Program-made: the position numbers and the translations under genes
Shown here: positions 54,487-62,547 of the stretch, in pieces
How the letters are laid out: the number at the start of each line of letters is the position of its first letter
How positions within the stretch are numbered: the stretch's first letter is position 1
Notes under the pieces: generated by a model
Seen by the model: the letters and a program-made list of their open reading frames with translations, nothing else
Told to the model about the DNA's origin: nothing
The model's database searches: none
DNA from: Candidatus Omnitrophota bacterium
GTDB lineage: Bacteria; Omnitrophota; Omnitrophia; Omnitrophales; Aquincolibacteriaceae
Direction of reading: 5' to 3'
Assembly: GCA_041674705.1 (NCBI GenBank)
Contig: JBAYVF010000002.1
Location: 78,330-142,329 of the forward strand
Length of the DNA: 64,000 bases

Positions 54487-55713
54487 ATGAAAAAAAATAC
54501 GGCGGTAGCGTTCGTGGCTCTTATGCTCGGGCTCGGTCTTTTTTGTCAGGCCGGAGTGTTTGCGGCCGAGGACGCGACGCTCGAGCGGCTGAATCAATTT
54601 TCCGAACGGATGCACAAAGCCCGGCTGGAAGCCGTGGGGTATCCAGTCAACCAGAATACCGACCTCAAAGAATTCTACGACTGGTACCTGGGCGCCAAAC
54701 TCTATGAAGTTTCCATGAACAATGTCGGCGATCCGCGGAAACCCGAGATTATCAGCATGAACACCGACGAGTTTGAGAATGAAGTGGTCGATTTCTTCGC
54801 TCCGCTCTATGGCTTTTCCGCAGACGATACTTGGGGGATCGTGACCATGAGCGGCACGGACGGAAACAATCACGGGATGTATTTCGGGACCCGTCAGCTT
54901 GTGAGCCAGACCGGGATGCGGCCCATCTGTTATGTCTCGGAGGAAGCGCATTATTCCATCAAGCGGCTCGCGGATCTTCAGAACCTGGAGCTTCGGCTGA
55001 TCAAAGCCGACGAAACCGGGAAGATGATCCCAAGCGAATTCGAAAAGGCGCTCGATCCGACCAGGCCTGCTTTGGTGGTGATCGCGGTGGGGACCACGTT
55101 CAAGGGTGCGATCGACGATCAGGCGGCGATCGATCAAGTGCTTCGCAAAAAGAAACCTGTCGCGGTCTACCGGCACGTGGACGCCGCGCTCTTCGGTGGC
55201 TATTTACCGTTCACGGATCATAAAGATCTGGTGAACCGCAACGTGGTTCCGTTCGATTCCATCGCGGTCAGCGGCCACAAATTCTTCGGATTTGACGAAC
55301 CGATGGGGATCTTTATCACCACGCAAAAGACCCGAAATCAGACGAACCCTTCCCATGTGTCTTATCTCAATCAGGCCGTGCCGACGATCACGTGTTCCCG
55401 GAACGCGCTTTCGGCTCTTAAATTCTGGTGGAAAGTAAAACGAACGGGTGAAGAAGGGTTCAAGGTGCAGGCCAAAGCGATCCTGGCCAATGCCCGGTAT
55501 CTGGAAGAGCAGTTGAAAAAAATCGGCTGGCCGGTCTGGCGCGGCGAAACTTCCAACACGGTGTATTTCAAGAGGCCGGCGGAAGATATCATGAAAAAAT
55601 ACAACCTTGCGCCGGACTTTGACGAGCGTCTGGGTGGGGCCCTGGCGCATGCCGTGGTCATGCAGAATGTCACCCCTGACATCATTGACCAGATCGTTCG
55701 GGATATTCGATAA
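54487..55713 (+). CDS. PLP-dependent group II decarboxylase (HdcA / histidine-decarboxylase-like) with an N-terminal signal peptide
   Basis: GYPVNQ, SMNNVGDP, MSGTDGNNHG, HVDAALFGG and SGHKFFG (PLP Lys). N-terminus MKKNTAVAFVALMLGLGLFCQAGVFAAE. Confidence 0.75.
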   Translation: MKKNTAVAFVALMLGLGLFCQAGVFAAEDATLERLNQFSERMHKARLEAVGYPVNQNTDLKEFYDWYLGAKLYEVSMNNVGDPRKPEIISMNTDEFENEVVDFFAPLYGFSADDTWGIVTMSGTDGNNHGMYFGTRQLVSQTGMRPICYVSEEAHYSIKRLADLQNLELRLIKADETGKMIPSEFEKALDPTRPALVVIAVGTTFKGAIDDQAAIDQVLRKKKPVAVYRHVDAALFGGYLPFTDHKDLVNRNVVPFDSIAVSGHKFFGFDEPMGIFITTQKTRNQTNPSHVSYLNQAVPTITCSRNALSALKFWWKVKRTGEEGFKVQAKAILANARYLEEQLKKIGWPVWRGETSNTVYFKRPAEDIMKKYNLAPDFDERLGGALAHAVVMQNVTPDIIDQIVRDIR

Positions 55714-55744
55714 GGCGAACAGGTATAGATAGGGAGATAGCGGT

Positions 55745-55969
55745 ATGAAAAAGATCCTTGTGGTTTTAGTGGCGGGAATGATGGCCGGCGTTTTCTTTTA
55801 TGAAGTGCCCTCGGCGCACGCGATTTTCGGGATCCGTGCTGCGAGAACGGCGCTTGCGGCCCGGAAAGCAAAACAGACGCTTGCCGAAGACCCAAACGAC
55901 GAGGCAACGGAAAGAGCCAACGAAAATCTTCGGCGTCTTGAGCGCGAGTCCCAAACGCGGAATTCGTGA
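55745..55969 (+). CDS. small secreted hypothetical protein
   Basis: Signal-like N-terminus MKKILVVLVAGMMAGVFFYEVPSAHA. Confidence 0.3.
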   Translation: MKKILVVLVAGMMAGVFFYEVPSAHAIFGIRAARTALAARKAKQTLAEDPNDEATERANENLRRLERESQTRNS

Positions 55970-56098
55970 TCCGCGATTTTCCTTTTGACGAGCCGTTGCT
56001 TTGTTGAGGGGAAAACGGCCGATAGGGTCAGAACAAGGCTTTGGAAAGTTTTACCAGCGTTTTTTTAAAACCGCATTTTTCACATGGAAGGAGAAAAA

Positions 56099-56548
56099 AT
56101 GAAGCTTCCGGGTTTTTATATCAGATGTCTTGCGGTCTTCGCGTTAGTCCTTTTCATCTCCGGTTGTGCGAGCGTCGATTATGTCGGCGACACCTACGCG
56201 CCTACGGATCATGCGGATATGTATTTCGATGCAAAAGATATTCCGCGTCCCTATAAAGTGATGGGGCAAATGACGCTCGACGAGCAGGAGTATGCAAGTT
56301 CCCAGGCGATGCAGGCGGACATGAAGAAGGAAGCCATGGCCCGCGGGGCCGATGCGGTGCTGTTTACCGGGATGCAAAAGATCCAGACCGGAGTTGTGAC
56401 CCACTGGCAGGAGCCGGTCAAGAACAAGGGGAAGAACAAATATGATTTTGGAACGTCGACTTCCCAGATCCAGCATGAGAAGGAAATGACCGGTTCTTTG
56501 CTGAAGTATACGGATATCGCGCCCTCCCAGGGCACGGGCCCTTCCTAA
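56099..56548 (+). CDS. hypothetical lipoprotein
   Basis: MKLPGFYIRCLAVFALVLFISGCAS lipobox, with a GGAG-containing RBS upstream. Confidence 0.5.
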   Translation: MKLPGFYIRCLAVFALVLFISGCASVDYVGDTYAPTDHADMYFDAKDIPRPYKVMGQMTLDEQEYASSQAMQADMKKEAMARGADAVLFTGMQKIQTGVVTHWQEPVKNKGKNKYDFGTSTSQIQHEKEMTGSLLKYTDIAPSQGTGPS

Positions 56549-56565
56549 GAAAGAGACAGACTGAA

Positions 56566-57324
56566 TTAAATCAGGGAAAGGCCGCCGTCGGCGATGACGG
56601 TTTGGCCGACGATCCAGGAGGATTCGGGGGAGCAGAGGAATGCGACGACGCGGGCGAGGTCTTCCGGTTTTCCAATTCTTCCGCCCGGAGTTCTTTTTAA
56701 CACTTCCTGCTTAAACTCTTCAAAAAACGGGAACATCTTAAGGGCGTCTGTGTCCACCAATCCGCCCGAGACACAATTCACGCGTATGCCTTTTGGCATT
56801 AATTCGACGGCCAAGTAGCGCATCGTGGCTTCGATCGCGGCCTTCGAGATGCCGATGGCGCCATAATTGGGGATAAAGTGGTGCGCGCCAAGGCTTGAGA
56901 GCGCGATGATAATGCCTTGTTTTTTGGCTTCCATGATCGGAAGGGCCTTTTGCGAAAGCGCGAGAAACGCTTTGGCATTGATATTCATCGAAAGGTCCCA
57001 GTGATTCATCTTGAGCCGATGGACGGCCTTAAAAGCGCCCAGTGCGGCATTGTGGACAAGAATATCAAGTGTCCCAAAGGTCTTCAGGACGTCGTCAAAG
57101 AGAGCTTTGTGCGCGTCGAGGTCGCCGACATTTGCCTGAAACGCAGCGGCTTTGACACCCTTAGCCAGGAGTTCGTCGACGGTTTTCTTGGCGGCATCTT
57201 CATTCTGAAGGTAGTTGACCGCGATGTTCACGCCGTCATCGGCCAAGCGGAGGGCGATGGCCTTTCCAATACCGCGGGAAGCTCCGGTGATAAGAGCGAC
57301 TTTGCCCTTCATAGAATTTGTCAT
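56566..57324 (-). CDS. SDR-family enoyl-ACP reductase, FabL-like (could alternatively act as a ketoreductase)
   Basis: KVALITGASRGIGKAIA, NINAKAFLALSQ, ISSLGAHHFIPNYGAIGISKAAIEATMRYLAVEL and VNCVSGGLVDTDALK closely follow the B. subtilis FabL pattern as I remember it. Confidence 0.65.
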   Translation of the reverse strand: MTNSMKGKVALITGASRGIGKAIALRLADDGVNIAVNYLQNEDAAKKTVDELLAKGVKAAAFQANVGDLDAHKALFDDVLKTFGTLDILVHNAALGAFKAVHRLKMNHWDLSMNINAKAFLALSQKALPIMEAKKQGIIIALSSLGAHHFIPNYGAIGISKAAIEATMRYLAVELMPKGIRVNCVSGGLVDTDALKMFPFFEEFKQEVLKRTPGGRIGKPEDLARVVAFLCSPESSWIVGQTVIADGGLSLI

Positions 57325-57482
57325 AGTCCCAATACCTTTCAATTTTAACGAAGTTGAAATTGGGGCAATCCTGGCAGCCATTGATGATATAAAAACAAAT
57401 GCCAGGTTGGGCGATAAGATAGCCACATTCTTTTATAAAATCAATCTATTTTGAAGCATATGGCACGAGGCATACGCCGCAC

Positions 57483-57513
57483 ACCGTACCCCTTACTCCG
57501 TACGAAGTTAAAA
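57483..57513. repeat. heptad-array element, copy 7 (solo right arm)
   Basis: acgccgcac accgtac cccttac tccgtac g, in the divergent fabL-like / methyltransferase spacer. Confidence 0.6.
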
Positions 57514-57533
57514 AAGATTCTTGGGACACAAAG

Positions 57534-58202
57534 ATGGGCTATGCTATAATTTCCCGCTCAAAAATCATAACGAACGAGATCGTGAATACCATTAAGAATA
57601 ATCTGCAGGCCTTTCAGCGTCGGGTACTGGACGGGATCGTCCGACATTTTGCTCACGGCGCTCTTGAAGCCCGGGCGGAAAAGATCGTTCAGCTTTTTGA
57701 AAAACAGATCCCTCGGGGAAGCCGGATCCTGGATCTGGGCGGTGGTTGGGGTTTTTATGCCGAGCCTCTTAAAAAGAGGGGGCACGAGTCTTTGGTGCTG
57801 GATGTGGTGAATCCCGGCTACCAGAAAGCACCGGTGATGTTGTATGATGGTGTCAGGATCCCTTTTCCGGATCAAAGCTTTGATGTAACGATTCTCATGA
57901 CCATGCTTCATCACGTGCCGGACCCGCAGGCGCTTTTTAAAGAAGTGCAAAGGGTGACACGGTACAAGGTTGTGGTGGTCGAGGATCTTTATCATCACGC
58001 GGCCGGCCGGTTCTGGACGCTTTGCCGCGACCGGTTTTTAAATGTGGAATTTTTAGAACACCCGCATCAGTTCCGTAAGGATGGTGAATGGCGGGAATTT
58101 TTCAAAGAAGCCGGATTCGAAGTCCGTTCTTTTAAAAGTTTCTATACGTGGCTTATGGGATTACGCGTTTTGAACGGGATTTACGTACTTCAGCGAGGCT
58201 GA
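57534..58202 (+). CDS. class I SAM-dependent methyltransferase
   Basis: RILDLGGGWGFYA (motif I), LVLDV, FDVTILMTMLHHVPDP. Confidence 0.75.
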   Translation: MGYAIISRSKIITNEIVNTIKNNLQAFQRRVLDGIVRHFAHGALEARAEKIVQLFEKQIPRGSRILDLGGGWGFYAEPLKKRGHESLVLDVVNPGYQKAPVMLYDGVRIPFPDQSFDVTILMTMLHHVPDPQALFKEVQRVTRYKVVVVEDLYHHAAGRFWTLCRDRFLNVEFLEHPHQFRKDGEWREFFKEAGFEVRSFKSFYTWLMGLRVLNGIYVLQRG

Positions 58203-58318
58203 AGTACGCCCCAGCGTTTTGTTCCGCCAAAGGCGGAACAGCAGGGGTGGCGATGGTGTGAATGTCCCCGCAGTTTCCTTGCGGAAACTAGACGCGGGGA
58301 TGACATAAAGGGCATGTC

Positions 58319-58726
58319 ATGACCCGGCTTGCGATCGAAAAAGTGCTGTGGATGAAAGAGGGCGAAGGGATCACGGCCTGTGGACGTATCCCGGAGGATT
58401 CTGAATTCTTCAAGGATCATTTCCCGGGATTTCCGGTGTTGCCCGGGGTGCTGGCGCTTGAGATGCTCAAGCAGACGGCGGAGCGGTACCTGGCATCGCT
58501 TCCGAGTGGGGAGGGGCAGCATTATTTTTTGAGGCAGATTCGCGCGACCCGGTTCACGAAATATCTCAGGCCTGGCGACGAATGGGAAAGCCGTTTAATG
58601 CTCACTCAAAGCGAAGGTGAGGAAACGACCTGGGACGCGAAGTTGTTTTATCACGGTGAAGTTGCCGTATCCGCCAAGTTGACCTTGGCCAAAGTTAAGA
58701 ACCCGCAATCATCAGCAGTGTCTTAG
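58319..58726 (+). CDS. FabZ/FabA-like hotdog 3-hydroxyacyl-ACP dehydratase
   Basis: FKDHFPGFPVLPGVLALEMLKQTAE is a canonical FabZ active-site region. Confidence 0.75.
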   Translation: MTRLAIEKVLWMKEGEGITACGRIPEDSEFFKDHFPGFPVLPGVLALEMLKQTAERYLASLPSGEGQHYFLRQIRATRFTKYLRPGDEWESRLMLTQSEGEETTWDAKLFYHGEVAVSAKLTLAKVKNPQSSAVS

Positions 58727-58748
58727 ACAACTTAGGAAGGACGGTAGC

Positions 58749-59162
58749 ATGATCATGGAGAAAGAACTCTTTACGAAAGTTCAGCAAACACTGGCCGGCG
58801 CGCTCGGCGTAGATGAGTCGGATATTACGCCGGAAGCTTCCCTGAAGCGGGATTTGGGCGCCGAATCCATTGATTTCATCGATATCGTTTTCCGCCTCGA
58901 AAAAGCTTTCGATCTCAAGATCCCCGCCGGAGATCTTTTTCCAAGCCATCTTCTGAACGATGAACGTTTCGTCAAAGAAGGTATGGTCACGCCGGAAGGG
59001 CTTGCAGAACTCCGCGCGAAGCTCCCTTATCTCGAACTCGATGAATTCACCAAAGATCCGCAGATCACGAAGCTGGCGGATTGTTTTACGGTGAAGATGC
59101 TCCTTCGTTATCTTACCGACCGCCTGGGCAAGAGTTCCTGCGACGATCAATGCTGCTCGTAA
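58749..59162 (+). CDS. acyl carrier protein with a roughly 55-aa C-terminal extension
   Basis: LKRDLGAESIDFIDIVFRLEKAF (Ser attachment site). At 137 aa it is much longer than the roughly 80 aa of housekeeping AcpP. Confidence 0.75.
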   Translation: MIMEKELFTKVQQTLAGALGVDESDITPEASLKRDLGAESIDFIDIVFRLEKAFDLKIPAGDLFPSHLLNDERFVKEGMVTPEGLAELRAKLPYLELDEFTKDPQITKLADCFTVKMLLRYLTDRLGKSSCDDQCCS

Positions 59163-59533
59163 AGCAAAAGCAAGCCACGTTGCGCGGGGTGGGTGTGGAT
59201 CTGGTGTCCCGCAACCGCGTGAAGCAATTCCTTTCCCGCCACGGGGATTATGTCCGAGAACGCTTTCTTAACCCTTCGGAACGCCGGTCCTTCAAACGTC
59301 TCTCCCTCCAAGAATTCGCCGAACTTTTTACGGCCAAGGAAGCTTTTTTTAAGGCGTGCGGCGAGTCGTGGATGGGGCTTGAAGGTTTCCAGGGCATGCG
59401 GATGAAGCGATGCGACGGCGATCATTTTGAGATGGAATGGCGAACCGGTCGCACCTCCAAGTTCTACCGCGGGGAAGGCCATTTCTTCAGAAGCGGGGAT
59501 CTGGTCGGCGCGCAGGCCATGATCTGGAGATAA
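59150..59533 (+). CDS. acpS: AcpS-type 4'-phosphopantetheinyl transferase
   Basis: GVGVDLVSRNRV...FTAKEAFFKACG. The ATG at 59150 overlaps the ACP 3' end by 13 nt. Confidence 0.6.
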   Translation: MLLVKQKQATLRGVGVDLVSRNRVKQFLSRHGDYVRERFLNPSERRSFKRLSLQEFAELFTAKEAFFKACGESWMGLEGFQGMRMKRCDGDHFEMEWRTGRTSKFYRGEGHFFRSGDLVGAQAMIWR

Positions 59534-59534
59534 C

Positions 59535-59972
59535 ATGCGCTGGCTTCTTCTTGAAAAAGTCCATTCGATCCAAAAAGGAAAGAAGGCCGTTGCTTCTTCC
59601 AAAGTTCCCAAAGCTCCCTACAGTTCAGAAGTTCTTTTCGTGGAAATGATGGCGCAAACCGGCGGTCTTCTGGTCGGCGCGGAAAGTGATTACCAAAAAG
59701 ATCTTATCTTCGCAAAGATCGAACATGCGACCATCGCAAATGTTCCGAAGTCGGGGACTCCGCTTCAGATCGAGGCCTGGTCCGAAAGTCTCGGAGCGGA
59801 AGGCGGCTGGCTCGAGGCGACGATCACCTGCGCTGAAGGATTGGTCGCAAGGGCGAAGCTTCTGCTGATGGCCGTGAGCGGGCTTTCCGCGGGGCAGACG
59901 AAGTCGATCACATTTCATGAGGCTTTCATGAATCATTTTAACGTTCGCGAGAAGATCCTCCCACGTTCATGA
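59535..59972 (+). CDS. second hotdog-fold dehydratase-like protein
   Basis: VLFVEMMAQTGGLLVG is a hotdog core. The size and position parallel the paired dehydratases of APE-type clusters. Confidence 0.5.
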   Translation: MRWLLLEKVHSIQKGKKAVASSKVPKAPYSSEVLFVEMMAQTGGLLVGAESDYQKDLIFAKIEHATIANVPKSGTPLQIEAWSESLGAEGGWLEATITCAEGLVARAKLLLMAVSGLSAGQTKSITFHEAFMNHFNVREKILPRS

Positions 59973-61255
59973 GCGACAAACGCCGTGTTGTGATCACAGG
60001 TTTCGGGGTCATTACGCCGTGCGGGAACGGCTGGGAGGCTTACTGGGACGCCGCGCTTCACGGGCGTTCTGCGATCCGGAGTTCCGATCCGCTTAAGCTG
60101 AATTCTTCCTCATTCAAATACGCCGGAATGTTGCCCCGGTTCGATCCCAAAGAATTCATCGAGAACAAAAAATCCATCAAGCTGATGTCCCGTGAGATCC
60201 AGATGGCGGTGGCCGCAAGCCGCCTGGCGCTCCAGGACGCAAAACTTTCTCCGGAAAATTATGACCCGACACGTGTTGGCGTGACGCTCGGGACCGGGAT
60301 CATTAATAACGATCTTGATGAGATCGGGGTGGGTTTTAAGAACGGCCTGGATGAAAACGGCCATTTTTCCATGACGAAATTCGGGCAGGACGGCATCCGC
60401 TCGCTTTTCCCGCTCTGGTTTCTGAAATATCTTCCCAATATGCCGGCCTGTCATGTTTCAGTTGCGAATCATCTCCGGGGTCCGAACAATACCATTACGA
60501 CGTCTTCGGCTGCGAGCACGCAGGCGATCGGGGAAGCGTACCGTGTGATCGAACGCGGGGATGCGGACATCATGCTGGCGGGCGGCACGGACTCGAAGCT
60601 TAACGCGATGGGAGTCTCGCGATTTCAGCTTCTCGGACTTCTTTCAACGCGCGAGGAATCTCCCGAAAAAGTTTACTGTCCTTTTGACAAAAAACATGAC
60701 GGGATCGTTCTGGGTGAAGGCGCCGGGATCCTGGTGCTGGAATCTCTTGAGAGCGCGAAAAAACGCGGGGCCTCGATCTATGCCGAGATCGCAGGATACG
60801 GATCCTCCTCGGATTTTAATTATGACCCGCGCGATCCTGATGATTTTACGGGAAAGCGCGTGGCGATCCGTCGTGCCCTTGAAGACGCTACGCTTGAACC
60901 CGCCGACGTGGATGTTCTTGTGGCCAACGGAAGCGGCATCCCCCAGGAGGATGTTCAAGAGTCGCTTGCCGTTCATTCTTTTTATTCTTCCACTTTCAAA
61001 AAACTTCATGTCACCGCCGTTAAGCCCGTGACCGGGAACCTGGTTTACGGGACGGGAAGTATCGAGGCAGTGGTTGCGGCGCTCGTTACAAAAAAAGGGC
61101 AGGTGCCTCCGGTCACGAATCTCCGGGATCCGGATCCGAAGTGTTCGTTGCCGTTCGTTAAAGATAAGGCGAAATCTTGTTCCGTGAACGTGGCCGTCTT
61201 GAATACGTTTGGATTTGGCGGCCAGAACGCATCGTTGGTATTCAAAAAATGTTAA
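59969..61255 (+). CDS. ketosynthase-like protein lacking the catalytic triad (chain-length-factor type)
   Basis: Thiolase-fold KS homolog. It has TTSSAASTQAIG where KS has TACxSGxxxIG (Cys to Ser), ANGSGI for AHGTGT (His to Asn), and TGNLVYG for xGHxxGA (His to Asn). Confidence 0.75.
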   Translation: MSDKRRVVITGFGVITPCGNGWEAYWDAALHGRSAIRSSDPLKLNSSSFKYAGMLPRFDPKEFIENKKSIKLMSREIQMAVAASRLALQDAKLSPENYDPTRVGVTLGTGIINNDLDEIGVGFKNGLDENGHFSMTKFGQDGIRSLFPLWFLKYLPNMPACHVSVANHLRGPNNTITTSSAASTQAIGEAYRVIERGDADIMLAGGTDSKLNAMGVSRFQLLGLLSTREESPEKVYCPFDKKHDGIVLGEGAGILVLESLESAKKRGASIYAEIAGYGSSSDFNYDPRDPDDFTGKRVAIRRALEDATLEPADVDVLVANGSGIPQEDVQESLAVHSFYSSTFKKLHVTAVKPVTGNLVYGTGSIEAVVAALVTKKGQVPPVTNLRDPDPKCSLPFVKDKAKSCSVNVAVLNTFGFGGQNASLVFKKC

Positions 61256-62547
61256 AACGTCGTGTCGTAGTCACAGGCGTGGGGGCCGTAACGCCTCTTG
61301 GGAATTCGGTGCGCGATACCTGGCTTCGTTTGACCCAGGGGAAATCGGGGATCGGGCCGATCACGCTTTTTGATGCGAGCCGTTTTCCGACGCGCATTGC
61401 GGGCGAGGTGAAAGGATTCTCCTTTGAAAAATGGCTGGAGCGCAACCCGCCGCTTGCCTGCGCAGGCCGGAGCACTTTTTTTGCGCTTCAGGCTGCGGCC
61501 GAAGCCTACAAAAATGCCAGTTTAGAACCGCTCGTCGTGAATCCAAACCGCTTCGGCATTTATTTTGGCGCGGGCGACAGCGGGATCGATTTTGATCCCT
61601 TTATCAAGACGCTGGTGCCGTCTTTTACAAATGGAGGCGCCGAGATCGTGGATAAAGGGAAATATCTTCAGGACGCGAGCCGGCACATGAGCGCTCTTCG
61701 GGAACTTGAAACGCAGCCCTTCATGACCGTGACGCATCTGACACGTCTTTTTGATATTCGCGGGCCGGTCTCAAATTGTTTGACGGCGTGCGCGGCGTCG
61801 TCGCAGGCGATCGGCGAAGCTTTTGAATGGATCCGGCGCGGGGATGCCGACGTGATGATGGCCGGCGGTTCCCACTCGATGATCTACCCGATGGGCGTTG
61901 CCGGGTTCAGTTTATTGACCGCGCTTTCTACTCGTAATGACGAGCCGGAAAAAGCCTCGCGGCCGTTCGATAAAAAACGGGACGGGTTCGTGATCGGCGA
62001 GGGCGCGGGGGTGCTGATCCTGGAAGAGTTGGAGCACGCGCGGAAGCGCAAGGCGCCGATCCATGGAGAAGTCGTGGGCTACGGCTCCACGGCGGACGCG
62101 TATCGCCTGACCGATATGGATCCGGAAGGCCGGGGCGCGGCTCGCGCAATGGAAATTGCGATGGAAAAAGCTTGCGTTGGGCCCCATAATGTTGATTATA
62201 TTAACGCGCATGGCACTTCCACCGCAGTGAATGACTCGCTGGAAACCCTCGTTATCAAAAAAGTAATGGGCGACTACGCGTCGAAAATCCCTGTAAGCTC
62301 GACGAAATCCATGCTCGGACATATGATCGCGGCTGCGGGCGGGGTCGAAGCGATCATTTGTTTGATGGCGATGCGCGATTCGGTGATCCCACCGACGATC
62401 AATTATGAAGAGCCGGATCCCGAGTGCGATCTGGATTATGTGCCGAACACGGCCCGGCGTTCGAATGTAAATGTAGCGCTCTCCAACTCGTTCGGGTTCG
62501 GAGGACAGAATATTTGTTTGGCTTTAAGGAGATACGATGCCTCATAA
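61249..62547 (+). CDS. beta-ketoacyl-ACP synthase (KAS I/II type, with an intact Cys-His-His triad)
   Basis: LTACAASSQAIGEA (Cys), INAHGTST (His), KSMLGHMIAAAG (His). The ATG at 61249 overlaps the upstream stop. Confidence 0.85.
   Translation: MLKRRVVVTGVGAVTPLGNSVRDTWLRLTQGKSGIGPITLFDASRFPTRIAGEVKGFSFEKWLERNPPLACAGRSTFFALQAAAEAYKNASLEPLVVNPNRFGIYFGAGDSGIDFDPFIKTLVPSFTNGGAEIVDKGKYLQDASRHMSALRELETQPFMTVTHLTRLFDIRGPVSNCLTACAASSQAIGEAFEWIRRGDADVMMAGGSHSMIYPMGVAGFSLLTALSTRNDEPEKASRPFDKKRDGFVIGEGAGVLILEELEHARKRKAPIHGEVVGYGSTADAYRLTDMDPEGRGAARAMEIAMEKACVGPHNVDYINAHGTSTAVNDSLETLVIKKVMGDYASKIPVSSTKSMLGHMIAAAGGVEAIICLMAMRDSVIPPTINYEEPDPECDLDYVPNTARRSNVNVALSNSFGFGGQNICLALRRYDAS

Noticed and set aside
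47478-57513. Interpreting the CCGTAC repeat copies as a CRISPR array or as tRNA or IS fragments.
   Set aside because: The copies are kilobases apart at gene boundaries, each is an inverted pair of heptad arrays, and no cas or transposase genes are nearby. No cloverleaf can be drawn.
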